A stretch of 64,000 nt of DNA, from contig PBMF01000019.1 of the NCBI GenBank assembly GCA_002721995.1, positions 6,102 to 70,101 on the forward strand, given 5' to 3'. The DNA is from Chloroflexota bacterium (lineage in GTDB: Bacteria > Chloroflexota > Dehalococcoidia > Lucifugimonadales > UBA3495). Of this stretch, positions 19,042 to 28,190 are shown one piece after another. Positions within the stretch are counted from its first letter, which is position 1; every line of letters begins with the position of its first letter. Below the pieces are notes generated by a model. It made no database searches, had not been told where the DNA came from, and saw only the letters and a program-made list of their open reading frames with translations. Made by a program: the position numbers and the translations under genes.

Positions 19042-19142
19042 AGCGGATATCCCCCACCGGATACCTACTGTGGTGGCTGGGGACTGATTGGTGATACCCT
19101 GTTGGCAATCTGACCAGTGGGAAAAGTACCCAGGAGGGCGTC

Positions 19143-19796
19143 ATGGCCGAAGAGTCCCAAGCTGCGAAAAAGGATAATGAAGCGGTCCGTGTCGCTGTCT
19201 GGTACGACTACGTTTGACCCTGGTGCTACGTCGGCCTGGAGAGAGTCGACAAGCTGGCCAACGAGTACGAGATAAACGTGGAGGGCCGCGCATACCTGTT
19301 GCGTCCTGACACCCCCAAGGAGGGCCGGGAACGGCCCCAGCGCCCCGGCGAGACCGCCGATGAGCTCTCAGAGCCACTGCGGGGACAGGCCAAGGAAGCG
19401 GGGCTGATCATGAAGCCCCCGGCCCGGACGCCCAACACTCTCTACGCCCTGGAAGCCACCGAGTACGCCCAGCAGCATGGCAAGTTCCTGGAGTTCCACC
19501 ACGCCGCCTACAAGGCGTTCTGGGAAGACCGCAAGGACCTGGGAGAGCTTGAAGTGCTCCACGCCGTGGCCCATGAAACCGGCTTGGACGCCGACGAGAT
19601 GGTGAAGCACCTGGAAGAAAAGACCTATGCCGAGACGGTGATGGCCCAGTACCAAGAGGCCTTGCAGTACGGCATCAGCGGCATACCCACCTTCCTGGTG
19701 GGGAACCTGCTCTTCACCGGCGCCCACCCCTACAACATCTTCAAGTCCGCCATGGAGCGCTTCTTGACCGAAGGTGTGCCACCGGCTTCCGAGTAG
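19143..19796 (+). CDS. DsbA/FrnE-like thiol oxidoreductase with in-frame TGA at the CxxC position (candidate selenoprotein, U-P-W-C)
   Basis: SD AGGAGG (19132-19137) plus ATG at 19143. The translation reads VRVAVWYDYV-TGA(19215-19217)-PWCYVG, in frame with ORF 19278..19796, which carries GISGIPTFLVGN. Confidence 0.7.
19230..19250 (+). promoter_or_regulatory. candidate bacterial SECIS-like hairpin
   Basis: GUCGGC/GUCGAC forms a 6-bp stem (one G-U pair) with a G-containing 9-nt loop. It starts 12 nt after the in-frame UGA. A longer alternative pairing is 19229-19236 with 19256-19263. Confidence 0.35.
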
Positions 19797-19813
19797 CCCC
19801 GGCTCCAACCTAG

Positions 19814-19852
19814 AAAAAAGAAAAGGCCCGCCATTGGCGGGCCTTTTCTTTT
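19814..19852. terminator. bidirectional rho-independent terminator
   Basis: 8-bp GC stem GGCCCGCC/GGCGGGCC with a 3-nt loop, flanked by an A-run and a T-run. Lies between the convergent dsbA-like and ABC genes. Confidence 0.8.
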
Positions 19853-19869
19853 CGCATTTGTCGGTGCTG

Positions 19870-21786
19870 CTAGTCGTCGGCCGGGGCAGGGACCGGGGCA
19901 CCGCCGCCTTGGGCTTCGTCCCCGTCGATGGGCAGGCCGTAGTTCACCGCGTAGAGCCGGGCGTAGGTGCCGCCCTTCTTGGCCAGCAGTTCCTCGTGGT
20001 TGCCCTGCTCCACCAACTCGCCTTGGTCCAGAACAACGATGTTATCGGAGTTACGGATGGTGGACAGCCGGTGGGCGATGACGATGGAAGTCCGGCCCTT
20101 GAGCACTTCGTTCAGCGCCCTCTGGATCAACACCTCAGTATGGGTGTCGATGTTGGCGGTGGCTTCGTCCAAGATGATGACCCTCGGGTCGCCGACAATG
20201 GCCCGGGCGAAGCTGATCAACTGCCGCTGGCCGACGCTGACGTTGATGCCGCGCTCGGCCATGACCGTGTCATATCCGTCGTCCAGGGACATGATGAAGT
20301 CGTGGGCGCCCACGGTTTTGGCGGCGGCGATCACCTCTTCGTCCGTGGCGTCCTCGTTGCTGTAGCGAATGTTGTCGGCCACGGTGCCCGAGAACAGGTA
20401 GGGTTCCTGGAGTACCATACTCATCTGGCTGACCAGGGAATGGCGCGTCACGTCTCTGATGTCGTGCCCGTCCACGCTGATGCGGCCGTTGCTCACGTCG
20501 GCGAACCGGTGGATCAGCGTCACCAACGTGCTCTTACCGGCGCCGGTGGAGCCGACCAGGGCCACATTCTGGCCGGGCTTGATATGGAGGTTCACGCCCT
20601 TCAGTACATCAACGTCGGGTACGTAGTGGAAGTACACGTCCTCGAACTTGATCTCACCCTTGATCTCGGGTAGTTCGGTGGCGTTTTTCTTGTCCACAAC
20701 CTCTGGTCTTAGGTCCAGCACCTCGAAGATGCGTACGCCGGCGGCCATGGCCCTCTGCAGTTGGCTGTACTGCATGGTCAGGTGTCGGACCGGCTCGAAG
20801 AACCTCTGTATCCACAGGGCGAAGGCCACCAGAACGGCCCAGTCCAGGTTGCCGCCTTTGACCATGACACCACCGACCAGGATTACGCCGAAGCCCATTC
20901 CGATGCCCATCAAGGACTCGACCAGGGGCTGAAGACCGCCGGAGTAACGGCTGGCTTCCAGGTTGGCGTTCAGGTACTCGGTGTTCAGGTCGTCGAAGTG
21001 CTTCATGTTGATTTCCTGGCGGTTGAAGCTTTCAACGACACGGACGCCGGTGATGTTTTGGTTGTACTCGCCGTTCACCATGGCGATGGCCCGGCGGATG
21101 CGCATGAAGGAGTGGCGGGCGAACTTCTGCCAGTAGCCCAGTATGAAGAAGAGCACCGGCAGGATGCTCATGCTGATCACGGCTAGCCGCCAGTCCACCA
21201 CCAGCATGATGACGATGATCCCCACCAAACTTAGGATGTCGGACAGGCTTTGGACTATGAGTTCAAATGTCTCCTGCAATTGGAGTACGTCGCTCTGGCT
21301 TCGCGACATGATGCGTCCCACCGGGGTGCGGTGGAAGAAGGAGGGCGACAGAGCCTGCAGGTGGTTGAACATCCCGGTGCGCAACGAAAATAAGATGCCC
21401 TGCCCCACCTTGGGCATGTAGACGAACTGCACGTAATTGGAGCCAAAGTGGACGAGAGTTACCGCGAAGAAGATTCCGCCCACCACGTGCAGGCGCCATA
21501 TCTCACCGGCGTTAACGGCCCACTGGATACCGACCATCATCAGGAGGGGTACGGTCACGTTGCCCACGGTGTACATCAGGACGGCGGCCAGGGCTATGAA
21601 GGCGTCCTTCTTGTAGGGCCAGATGTAGGTCATCAGCCGCATGACGACCTTGTGGTCGTACGCTGCGCCCACCACGGTCTCGTCGGTCAGGTTGTCCTCG
21701 GTGGCCACGCGCATGCCGCTGGAGCCCATGCCCCGCATGCCGCCCATCATTCCGCCGACGCCGCCTCCAGGTCCTGAAGCCCTCAT
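19870..21786 (-). CDS. ABC exporter, fused permease/ATPase half-transporter
   Basis: Six-TM domain followed by Walker A GSTGAGKST, signature VGQRQLISFAR and Walker B IILDEAT. Gly/Met-rich N-terminal extension. Confidence 0.88.
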   Translation of the reverse strand: MRASGPGGGVGGMMGGMRGMGSSGMRVATEDNLTDETVVGAAYDHKVVMRLMTYIWPYKKDAFIALAAVLMYTVGNVTVPLLMMVGIQWAVNAGEIWRLHVVGGIFFAVTLVHFGSNYVQFVYMPKVGQGILFSLRTGMFNHLQALSPSFFHRTPVGRIMSRSQSDVLQLQETFELIVQSLSDILSLVGIIVIMLVVDWRLAVISMSILPVLFFILGYWQKFARHSFMRIRRAIAMVNGEYNQNITGVRVVESFNRQEINMKHFDDLNTEYLNANLEASRYSGGLQPLVESLMGIGMGFGVILVGGVMVKGGNLDWAVLVAFALWIQRFFEPVRHLTMQYSQLQRAMAAGVRIFEVLDLRPEVVDKKNATELPEIKGEIKFEDVYFHYVPDVDVLKGVNLHIKPGQNVALVGSTGAGKSTLVTLIHRFADVSNGRISVDGHDIRDVTRHSLVSQMSMVLQEPYLFSGTVADNIRYSNEDATDEEVIAAAKTVGAHDFIMSLDDGYDTVMAERGINVSVGQRQLISFARAIVGDPRVIILDEATANIDTHTEVLIQRALNEVLKGRTSIVIAHRLSTIRNSDNIVVLDQGELVEQGNHEELLAKKGGTYARLYAVNYGLPIDGDEAQGGGAPVPAPADD

Positions 21787-23621
21787 CAGTTGTCCCCTCC
21801 CAGCTCAGCGGCCAGTATGGGGCTGCTGGAGCTTTCGGCTGGGGGCAGTGCCGCGTCCAGGAGCATCTCCTCCTTGGGGCGCAGTTGCAGGTCGTAGATC
21901 TCCCGGTAGATGCCGTTGGCGGCCAACAGCTCTTCATGGGTGCCCTGCTCGGCTATCTGCCCGTCTTTCAGCACCACGATGAGGTCGGCTTCGCGAACGG
22001 TGGAGAGCCGGTGGGCGATGACGAAGGTGGTCCGGTCCTTCATGACGTTGACCATCGCCTGGTGGATCATCCTTTCCGTCTGGACGTCCACACTGGAGGT
22101 GGAGTCGTCCAGGATCAGCACCGGCGGATCGATCAGGATGCTCCTGGCGATGGAAAGGCGTTGCCGTTGGCCGCCGGATAGGGTGGAGCCCCGCTCGCCG
22201 ACCCAGGTGTCATAGCCGTCGTCCAGGGAGTCTATGTGGTCGTGGAGTTGGGCCACCTTGGCGGCGTTTATCACGTCTTCGCGGGTGGCGTCTTTCACAC
22301 CGTAGGCGATGTTGTCATGGATGGTGGCGCTGAACAGGAAAACGTCCTGTTGGACGATTCCCACGTTCTGGCGCAGGGACTCCAGGGTGAAGTCTCTGAT
22401 GTCCTGACCGTCGATGGTGATGCGGCCTTCGGTCACGTCGTAGAAGCGGGGCAGCAGGTTGACGATGCTGCTCTTGCCGCTGCCCGGCGCGCCCAGGATG
22501 GCGGTTATCTGCCCCGGCTTGGCCGAGATACTTACGTGTTGGAGCGCCTGCATCCTCTCTTCGTAGGCGAAGGAGACATCCTCGAATTCCGTATGCCCTT
22601 TGGCGTCCTTTAACACGGCGGCGTTGGGCTTCTCCACGACCGGCGATTCGGCGTCCAGCACCTCGAACAAGCGGCTCCCAGAGGAGATGGCCCGGGAGAA
22701 GGCGTTGATGATGAACGACGACATCCGGATGGGGAAGGTCAACTGGTTCAGGTAGAGGATGAACTTGGTCAGCCCGCCGGCGGTGAGGTCGCCCCTGATG
22801 ACCTCCCAGCCCCCGTACCAGAGGATCAGGCCCAACCCGGCGGTGAAGAAAAGGGTCATCCAGGCGCTGTTTGTGCCCTGGAGCCGTTCTGAGTGGAAGT
22901 ACTCCTCGCGTAGTTCCTGGGCCTTCTTGGCGAACTTCTCTTTTTCGTGTTCCTCGGAGGCGAAGGCTTTGACCACATGGATGCCCACCAGGTTTTCCTG
23001 GAGGATGGTCACGGCCTCGCCCATGCGCTGCTGGACCTCCAGCCACATGCGCCGGAGTCTGCCCATTACCATGGAAGACCGGACGACGATGAAGGGCACG
23101 AAGGCCAGGCTGATCAGAGTCAGCTCCCAGTTCATGAAAAGCAGGATTGCGACCAGGGCCACCAGCCGGACCACAACCTCCAGTGAGCGGATCAGGCCCA
23201 TGTTCACGAAACGGCGGATGGACTCCACGTCGGCGGTGGCCTTGGACATCAGGTCGCCGGTGTGTTCTTTGTCGTGGTAGGCGAAACTCAGGTGTTGCAG
23301 CTTGTCGTAGAACTGATTGCGGACAACGTAGGACACCTTCTGGGAAAGGGAGTCGGTGCAGTAGGTGCGGGCGAAGTCCAAGAACCCCCGCAGCAGGCTG
23401 GCGCCCAAGATGGCCAGGGCCAGGAAGGTGAGGGTCTGGGTGCTGACGGCTTTGCCGACGACGCCCTCCGCGTCGACGGCGACCAACTGGTCGATGGCTT
23501 CCCCGAATAACTGGGGTATGAGCAGGGAGACGCCGACGGCGCCAAAGAAACTCAGATAAGCCAAGATCAGGCGGACACGGAATATCCACGCGATCTTGGT
23601 GATTCGGATGAGGATTGCCAT
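21786..23621 (-). CDS. ABC exporter, fused permease/ATPase half-transporter (partner subunit)
   Basis: Walker A GAPGSGKSS, signature LSGGQRQRLSIAR and Walker B LILDDSTS. Its stop overlaps the downstream partner's start. Confidence 0.88.
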   Translation of the reverse strand: MAILIRITKIAWIFRVRLILAYLSFFGAVGVSLLIPQLFGEAIDQLVAVDAEGVVGKAVSTQTLTFLALAILGASLLRGFLDFARTYCTDSLSQKVSYVVRNQFYDKLQHLSFAYHDKEHTGDLMSKATADVESIRRFVNMGLIRSLEVVVRLVALVAILLFMNWELTLISLAFVPFIVVRSSMVMGRLRRMWLEVQQRMGEAVTILQENLVGIHVVKAFASEEHEKEKFAKKAQELREEYFHSERLQGTNSAWMTLFFTAGLGLILWYGGWEVIRGDLTAGGLTKFILYLNQLTFPIRMSSFIINAFSRAISSGSRLFEVLDAESPVVEKPNAAVLKDAKGHTEFEDVSFAYEERMQALQHVSISAKPGQITAILGAPGSGKSSIVNLLPRFYDVTEGRITIDGQDIRDFTLESLRQNVGIVQQDVFLFSATIHDNIAYGVKDATREDVINAAKVAQLHDHIDSLDDGYDTWVGERGSTLSGGQRQRLSIARSILIDPPVLILDDSTSSVDVQTERMIHQAMVNVMKDRTTFVIAHRLSTVREADLIVVLKDGQIAEQGTHEELLAANGIYREIYDLQLRPKEEMLLDAALPPAESSSSPILAAELGGDN

Positions 23622-23923
23622 CTAGAGGATTACCATCAAATCGTTCGTATCTGCCCAGTCCACCTACCGCAGAAAAGTTGTGGCGGCAGGCCGCGGGATT
23701 CCGGCGCGCCGCCCTCCAGGGCTATTTGCGGGACGGGAGAATTTGGTCCGCCGGCAGTGAGACATCACGCCGGACAATCTAGTTCATCATAAACCCTAAT
23801 ACATGGGCCATTCAAGCATCGCCAGCGTCAATCAAAGACGGGTGGCTGAACATAATATGGCCGGGCCTTGAGGCCTGTTCGCGTTCCCGATCGAGGGGGA
23901 AATTACCCTACATATCCCTGATG

Positions 23924-25603
23924 CTACATCCGCTCGGGGGCGCTCATTCCCATCAGCTCCAGGGAGCGCCGGAACACAATCTGGGCGGACTCCACCAGTT
24001 TCAACCGGGCCGCCGTCATGGCGTTGTCCTCTTCATTGGAGGAGACAACCCGGCAGTTCTCGTAGAACGCGTGGAAGGCGTTGGCCAGGTCCAGAGTGTA
24101 GTGGGGCAGGTGATGGGGCTCCAGGGTCGCCGCCATCTGGTCGATCAACTCCGGCAGGCGCAGCATCGCGCGCACCAGGTCCAACTCGCTGCTGGTGGTG
24201 AGCAGGCCGACGTCGCCGTTGCTCCAGTCGATGTTCTTCTCCCGGGCCAGGGCCAGGATACTGGCGTTCCTAGCGTGGGCGTACTGGACGTAATAGACCG
24301 GGTTCTCCGCCGATTCCTTCTTGGCCAGTTCCAGGTCGAACTCCATCTGGGTTGAGGGAGTGCGGGCCAGGAAGAAGTAGCGGCAGGCGTCCTGTCCTAC
24401 CTCTTCCGCCAACTCCCGCAGGGTAACGAAATCCCCGGTGCGCTTGGACGCCCGGACCACGTCTGCGCCGCGGCGCAGAGTGACCATCTGGGAGATGAGC
24501 ACGGTTAACCGCTCTGGCTCGATGCCCAGGGCCTCCACGGCTGCCTTCATTCTTGGCACATGGCCCTGGTGGTCGGCGCCCCAGATGTCCACCACCGAGT
24601 CATAGCCCCGGCCGACGAACTTGTTGTAGTGGTAGGCGATGTCCGACGCGAAATAGGTGGGTTCGCCGGTGGAGCGCACCACCACGTTGTCCTTCTCGTC
24701 TCCCAGTTTGGTGGAATCGAACCACAGCGCTTCATCCCGTTCCGAGAGATAGTCCTTTTCTCGGAGCAGGTCCATGGCCGTGTCATACTCGCCCTGCTGG
24801 AAGAGGGTACGCTCGCTGAACCAGTTGTCGAACTCCACCCCGATGCCGGTCAGGTCGTCCTTGATCAGGCCGACCATCTTCTCCCGGCCTATGTCTCCGA
24901 TCTCGCGGAGGGCCTGATCCTCTTCCATGTCCAGAAAGCGTTCACCCTCGGCATCGGCGATCTCTTTGGCCAGGTCGGCGATATAGTCGCCCTGGTAGCC
25001 GTTCTCCGGCATGTCCGATTCGCGGCCGAATGACTCTTTGTAACGGGCCAGCACAGAGCGGTAGAAAAGCTGCATCTGGTTACCGGCGTCGTTCACGTAA
25101 TACTCGCGGGTGACGTCGTACCCGGCAGCCTCCAGGACGTTGGCCAATGCGCTGCCCAGCACCGCTCCCCTGGTATGGCCCACATGGACCGGACCGGTGG
25201 GGTTGACGCTGACGAACTCGATCATCGTCTTGCGGCCCACGCCGGAATCGACGTTGCCAAAGGTGTTGCCCGCCTGCCGGACCGTCTCCACCTGCTGCTG
25301 GAGCCAGGAGTCTTTGAGGTAGAAGTTGACGAAGCCCGGCGGTGCCGCTTCCACCCGGTCGATGACGTCGCCGGTGGGAATATTTGCCGCCAATGCCTGG
25401 GCCAGCTCCAAAGGGTTTATACGGGTGGCGCGGGCCAGCCGCAGGGGCAAGTTGGTGGCGAAATCGCCGTGGTCCGAGTTCCCGGGCCGCTCGACCTGGA
25501 TCTCGGGCATGGTCTCCAACTGGAGCAGACCTTCCGCGCGGGATTTCTCCAGGGCCTGGGCGACCAGTTGTTGGATTGTCTCTATCAATAATGGGGCCGG
25601 CAT
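23924..25603 (-). CDS. argS: arginine--tRNA ligase
   Basis: SVNPTGPVHVGH (HIGH), the DALR-type C-terminal domain and a terminal M are typical of ArgRS. Confidence 0.92.
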   Translation of the reverse strand: MPAPLLIETIQQLVAQALEKSRAEGLLQLETMPEIQVERPGNSDHGDFATNLPLRLARATRINPLELAQALAANIPTGDVIDRVEAAPPGFVNFYLKDSWLQQQVETVRQAGNTFGNVDSGVGRKTMIEFVSVNPTGPVHVGHTRGAVLGSALANVLEAAGYDVTREYYVNDAGNQMQLFYRSVLARYKESFGRESDMPENGYQGDYIADLAKEIADAEGERFLDMEEDQALREIGDIGREKMVGLIKDDLTGIGVEFDNWFSERTLFQQGEYDTAMDLLREKDYLSERDEALWFDSTKLGDEKDNVVVRSTGEPTYFASDIAYHYNKFVGRGYDSVVDIWGADHQGHVPRMKAAVEALGIEPERLTVLISQMVTLRRGADVVRASKRTGDFVTLRELAEEVGQDACRYFFLARTPSTQMEFDLELAKKESAENPVYYVQYAHARNASILALAREKNIDWSNGDVGLLTTSSELDLVRAMLRLPELIDQMAATLEPHHLPHYTLDLANAFHAFYENCRVVSSNEEDNAMTAARLKLVESAQIVFRRSLELMGMSAPERM

Positions 25604-25660
25604 TGGGGGATGTCCTTCGCTCTTCCGACGGCCGTCCGGCAGTCCAACGGCACCGAAGCT

Positions 25661-25695
25661 AAAAATTAAGAAAGGCGGCTTTCAGACAGCCGCCT
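25661..25695 (-). terminator. intrinsic terminator/attenuator hairpin in the argS leader
   Basis: Minus strand reads AGGCGGCU-GUCUGAA-AGCCGCCU followed by UUCUUAAUUUUU. It lies about 60-90 nt upstream of the argS ATG, with no gene upstream on that strand. Confidence 0.55.
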
Positions 25696-26004
25696 CACCT
25701 GGGTGCCACCGGAATATTTTATCACAGAGCCCCGGCATCACAGTCACAAACACCGGCCGTGATTCAGTGTTAGAAGGGGTATTTGGGCTTGATGTAAGCC
25801 GGTAGGCAAGCGGCCGGCGTCACACGCCAGATGTCATTATGGCTAACCTGGCTGTTAGAATTATTGGAAGGCTTTTTTCACCGGCAGCGGCCCTGATTTT
25901 GCGGGAGATCTGGGGCCGTTGGAAGGCCCGGTAATCTTGCTGCTGCGAGGCTTTTACAGGCCCTCTGTCGGCCTGCGCCCTATGAACAATCGGCCAATAA
26001 CCGA

Positions 26005-27408
26005 ATGATGGAACAGCCCCAAACCACACCGGCCAGCAATCAAGTCGAAGATCAGCCCCGGCCACCGGAAGAGGTGATCCAGGAGCTGGTCCAGGAGATC
26101 GGCAACCTGTTGGATGCCGGTCAACAGAAAGACGCCATGGGCCGTTTTGCCCTGCTGCACCCCGTTGATCAGGGAGAAGTCCTTGATGGACTGGCCCGGG
26201 ACCTGAGGCAGGCGCTCCTAGTGGACCTGAACCCGGCGGCCGTGGCGGAGATTCTGGAGTACCTGGACCCCGAAGAGTCCTTTGAAATGGTCGGAGGTCG
26301 GGAACCCGTTGCCCTGGCCCAGGTGTTGGACCTCACCGGTCCCGATGTCGCCGTTGACCTCCTGCGTCAGATACCGGAGGACCGGCAGCAAGAAACCCTG
26401 GAGGCGATGTCCGATGCCAGTGAGGTAACGGAACTGCTCCAGTACCAGGACGATACCGCCGGCGGCCTGATGACCCCCGAGTATCCGGTGGTGAAGCAGT
26501 CCACGACCATCCCCAACGCCCTGGACCAACTCCGTTTGCTGGGACCCGACGCCGAGGACATCAACTCCATGTTGGTGGTCGATGAACAGCAACATATGGT
26601 GGGTTCCCTGAGCGTGATGCGGCTTGCCCTGGCCCGGCCAAACGCGGTGGTCGGCGACATCATGGACCTGGACTTCCATTCTGTGACCGCTGAGACCGAC
26701 CAGGAAGAATGCGCGCGGGTGATGCAGCGTTACAACCTGGGACTGCTTCCGGTGGTGGACGATGAGGGGCATCTCACCGGTGTGATTCTCGCCGAGGACC
26801 TGGTGGACGTTGTCGAAGAAGAGGCTACCGAGGACATGTTCCGCATTGCCAGTGTGGGCGGGGAACGCATATCCGGACCCCTGAGAAATTCCCTGCGCAG
26901 CCGGCTGCCCTGGCTCTACATCAACCTGGCCACGGCATTCCTGGCTGCGGTCATGGTGAGCCTTTTCGAGGACACCATCGCCAAGGTGGTCGCCCTGGCG
27001 GTCTTTCTGCCGGTGGTGGCCAGCCAGGGAGGAATCGGCGGCACCCAGACCGTCACATTGGTGGTGCGCAGCATGGCCCTGGGCGAGGTGCCCCGCCGGT
27101 TGGGGCTGCGACTTTTGGCCAGGGAAGTCGCCCTTGGCATCATCCACGGGATAGCCCTGGGAGTGGTGGTCGGTGTGGTTGCCTATCTATGGAAGGGCAA
27201 TTTAGTACTGGGTCTGGTTTTGGGTCTGGCCATGTTGGGCAATATGCTGGTGGCCGGTATGGCCGGCGCCGGCGTGCCCCTGCTGCTCCGCCAACTGCGG
27301 ATGGACCCGGCGGTGTCCTCGGCTGTGTTCGTCACCACCTTCACCGACGTGATCGGCTTTGTGCTGTTCCTCAGTATGGCGGCTATTTTCGTGCAACGCT
27401 TGGTATAG
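26005..27408 (+). CDS. mgtE: magnesium transporter MgtE
   Basis: MgtE N-domain, tandem CBS domains and a C-terminal 5-TM domain with the PVVASQGGIGGTQT motif. Confidence 0.9.
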   Translation: MMEQPQTTPASNQVEDQPRPPEEVIQELVQEIGNLLDAGQQKDAMGRFALLHPVDQGEVLDGLARDLRQALLVDLNPAAVAEILEYLDPEESFEMVGGREPVALAQVLDLTGPDVAVDLLRQIPEDRQQETLEAMSDASEVTELLQYQDDTAGGLMTPEYPVVKQSTTIPNALDQLRLLGPDAEDINSMLVVDEQQHMVGSLSVMRLALARPNAVVGDIMDLDFHSVTAETDQEECARVMQRYNLGLLPVVDDEGHLTGVILAEDLVDVVEEEATEDMFRIASVGGERISGPLRNSLRSRLPWLYINLATAFLAAVMVSLFEDTIAKVVALAVFLPVVASQGGIGGTQTVTLVVRSMALGEVPRRLGLRLLAREVALGIIHGIALGVVVGVVAYLWKGNLVLGLVLGLAMLGNMLVAGMAGAGVPLLLRQLRMDPAVSSAVFVTTFTDVIGFVLFLSMAAIFVQRLV

Positions 27409-27420
27409 AGAGGAGAGGGT

Positions 27421-28110
27421 ATGTCTGGACAGATAGCCCTGGTCGGAGGCGACGAGTTCCGAACCGGCTGTGAAGATATGGACCGGAGAATCATGGCGGC
27501 ATCGGGTAAGGATCCCGCGAAAGTGGTGGTGGTGCCAACGGCCACCGCCAACTCCGCCCCGGCCAAGGCGGCCAACGACGGCGCAACCCACTTCGCCGCC
27601 CTGGGAGGGGATCCCAGCCAGTTGATGCTGCTGGAGCGCGGTCAGGCCCAGGACCCGGCCTTCTTCGGCGGTGTTAACCAGGCGGATGTCGTGTACTTCA
27701 CCGGCGGCAGTCCCGAGCATCTATTGGAAACGGTGCAGGACTCCAAGTTTCTGGCGACCCTTCAAGAACTGTTCGCCAATGGGTTAATACTGGCCGGTTC
27801 CAGCGCCGGGGCCATGGCCATGGGATCGGTTATGCGCCGTCCTCGGGCCGGAGGATGGGTGGACGGCCTGGGACTGGTGCCGGGGGTTGTGGTCCTGCCC
27901 CACCACGAGCGCCGCGACCCGGCTGAGACATCACGGGAGTTGCAGGATTCAGCGCCGGGCGGTCTAACCTACCTGGGCATCGACGCCCGCACCGGGTGTT
28001 TGGGGACGCCCGACAACTGGCAGGTGGTGGGTTTCGGAAAGGTCACCGTTTACCAGGGGGGCGAGTGGCAGGTATTCCAGGCAGGGGACAAACTGCCCGC
28101 CGGGTTCTAA
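27421..28110 (+). CDS. peptidase S51 / cyanophycinase-like (class I glutamine-amidotransferase-like) protein
   Basis: VYFTGGSPEHLL and nucleophile motif AGSSAGAMAMG. Strong SD GGAGAGGG. Confidence 0.65.
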   Translation: MSGQIALVGGDEFRTGCEDMDRRIMAASGKDPAKVVVVPTATANSAPAKAANDGATHFAALGGDPSQLMLLERGQAQDPAFFGGVNQADVVYFTGGSPEHLLETVQDSKFLATLQELFANGLILAGSSAGAMAMGSVMRRPRAGGWVDGLGLVPGVVVLPHHERRDPAETSRELQDSAPGGLTYLGIDARTGCLGTPDNWQVVGFGKVTVYQGGEWQVFQAGDKLPAGF

Positions 28111-28136
28111 TTCCAAGAGAGTTGGTTGATGCGAAG

Positions 28137-28161
28137 AGGGGCGGGTTGGAAACCCGCCCCT
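28137..28161. repeat. C-type GC-rich hairpin (AGGGGCGGGTT-GGA-AACCCGCCCCT), probable bidirectional terminator
   Basis: 10-11 bp perfect stem between convergent genes. Same family as 46941-46969 and 4159-4178. Confidence 0.7.
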
Positions 28162-28190
28162 ACGATTTTCTCGTACCCAGAGAGAGCTCG

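Noticed and set aside
25830-26004. An M-box (Mg2+) riboswitch in the mgtE 5' leader.
   Set aside because: Only short chance-level matches (GUUAG, GCUGCUGC) to my recollection of the M-box consensus, and no convincing multi-helix architecture. Not claimable without a covariance-model scan.
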